The notes beneath the pieces are model-generated. The model did no database searches, was not told the DNA's origin, and was given only the letters and a program-made list of their open reading frames with translations. From positions 1 through 18,859 of the forward strand of contig CAJINV010000057.1 in assembly GCA_905178155.1 (NCBI GenBank): 18,859 nt of DNA, in the 5' to 3' direction. The translations under genes were made by a program, and so were the position numbers. Within the stretch, counting starts at the first letter, position 1. Each line of letters begins with the position of its first letter. The DNA is from Amoebophrya sp. A120. Taxonomy: Eukaryota; Protista; Dinoflagellata. Shown one piece after another: positions 18,757 through 18,859 of the stretch.

Positions 18757-18859
18757 TGATCTTTGTCCTCGCCATTTCCGCCCGGGCGCCGCGGCGGACC
18801 GCCGCCACCGCTACTCGCGGCCCCGGGGAGAAACGTATCAACACTACTTCCGCCCGCAG

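Larger units (their letters stand above)
13823..18859 (-). pseudogene. Large multi-exon S/G/P/A-rich low-complexity gene; 5' end outside window; 3' part disrupted
   Basis: In-frame joins after introner removal: GNGEDKDH|PGDGPNNN (intron 18433-18755), RQHDNS|RASSRSRS (16659-17500), GGQHQA|GPASSSS (14792-15086), SSTPN|PIANEAN (14553-14742). The frame is open from the window edge to TAG at 15446, so that part could be a real CDS; further TAGs and frameshifts lie downstream. Confidence 0.7.

Overview
Eukaryotic nuclear DNA of roughly balanced GC with no prokaryotic gene organisation. Coding pieces are interrupted by 185-840 bp elements with terminal inverted repeats starting TAT and ending ATA, flanked by 5-bp direct repeats. 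These act as non-canonical (non GT-AG) introns and resemble the introner elements of the syndinian dinoflagellate Amoebophrya; the organism is an inference. In the left half (1-8037), seven co-oriented copies of a 45-80 bp GC-rich repeat (core GAAAAC(CG)n..GTCGGTGGCCGGTAAGGAGTCCG) are spaced 0.8-1.6 kb apart. They separate unrelated, truncated, intron-containing gene fragments in both orientations, including an MPS1/TTK-like kinase piece, and many junctions carry fold-back or templated duplications. This repeat/captured-fragment array is the main candidate for a novel system. Several fragments show excess TAG/CTA, suggesting RIP-like C-to-T mutation or stop-codon recoding. After a 69-N gap come a non-coding module (CTAG hairpins, 12-bp minisatellite, TGCA-motif field) and a large minus-strand low-complexity gene or pseudogene with introners, plus an internally deleted paralog.
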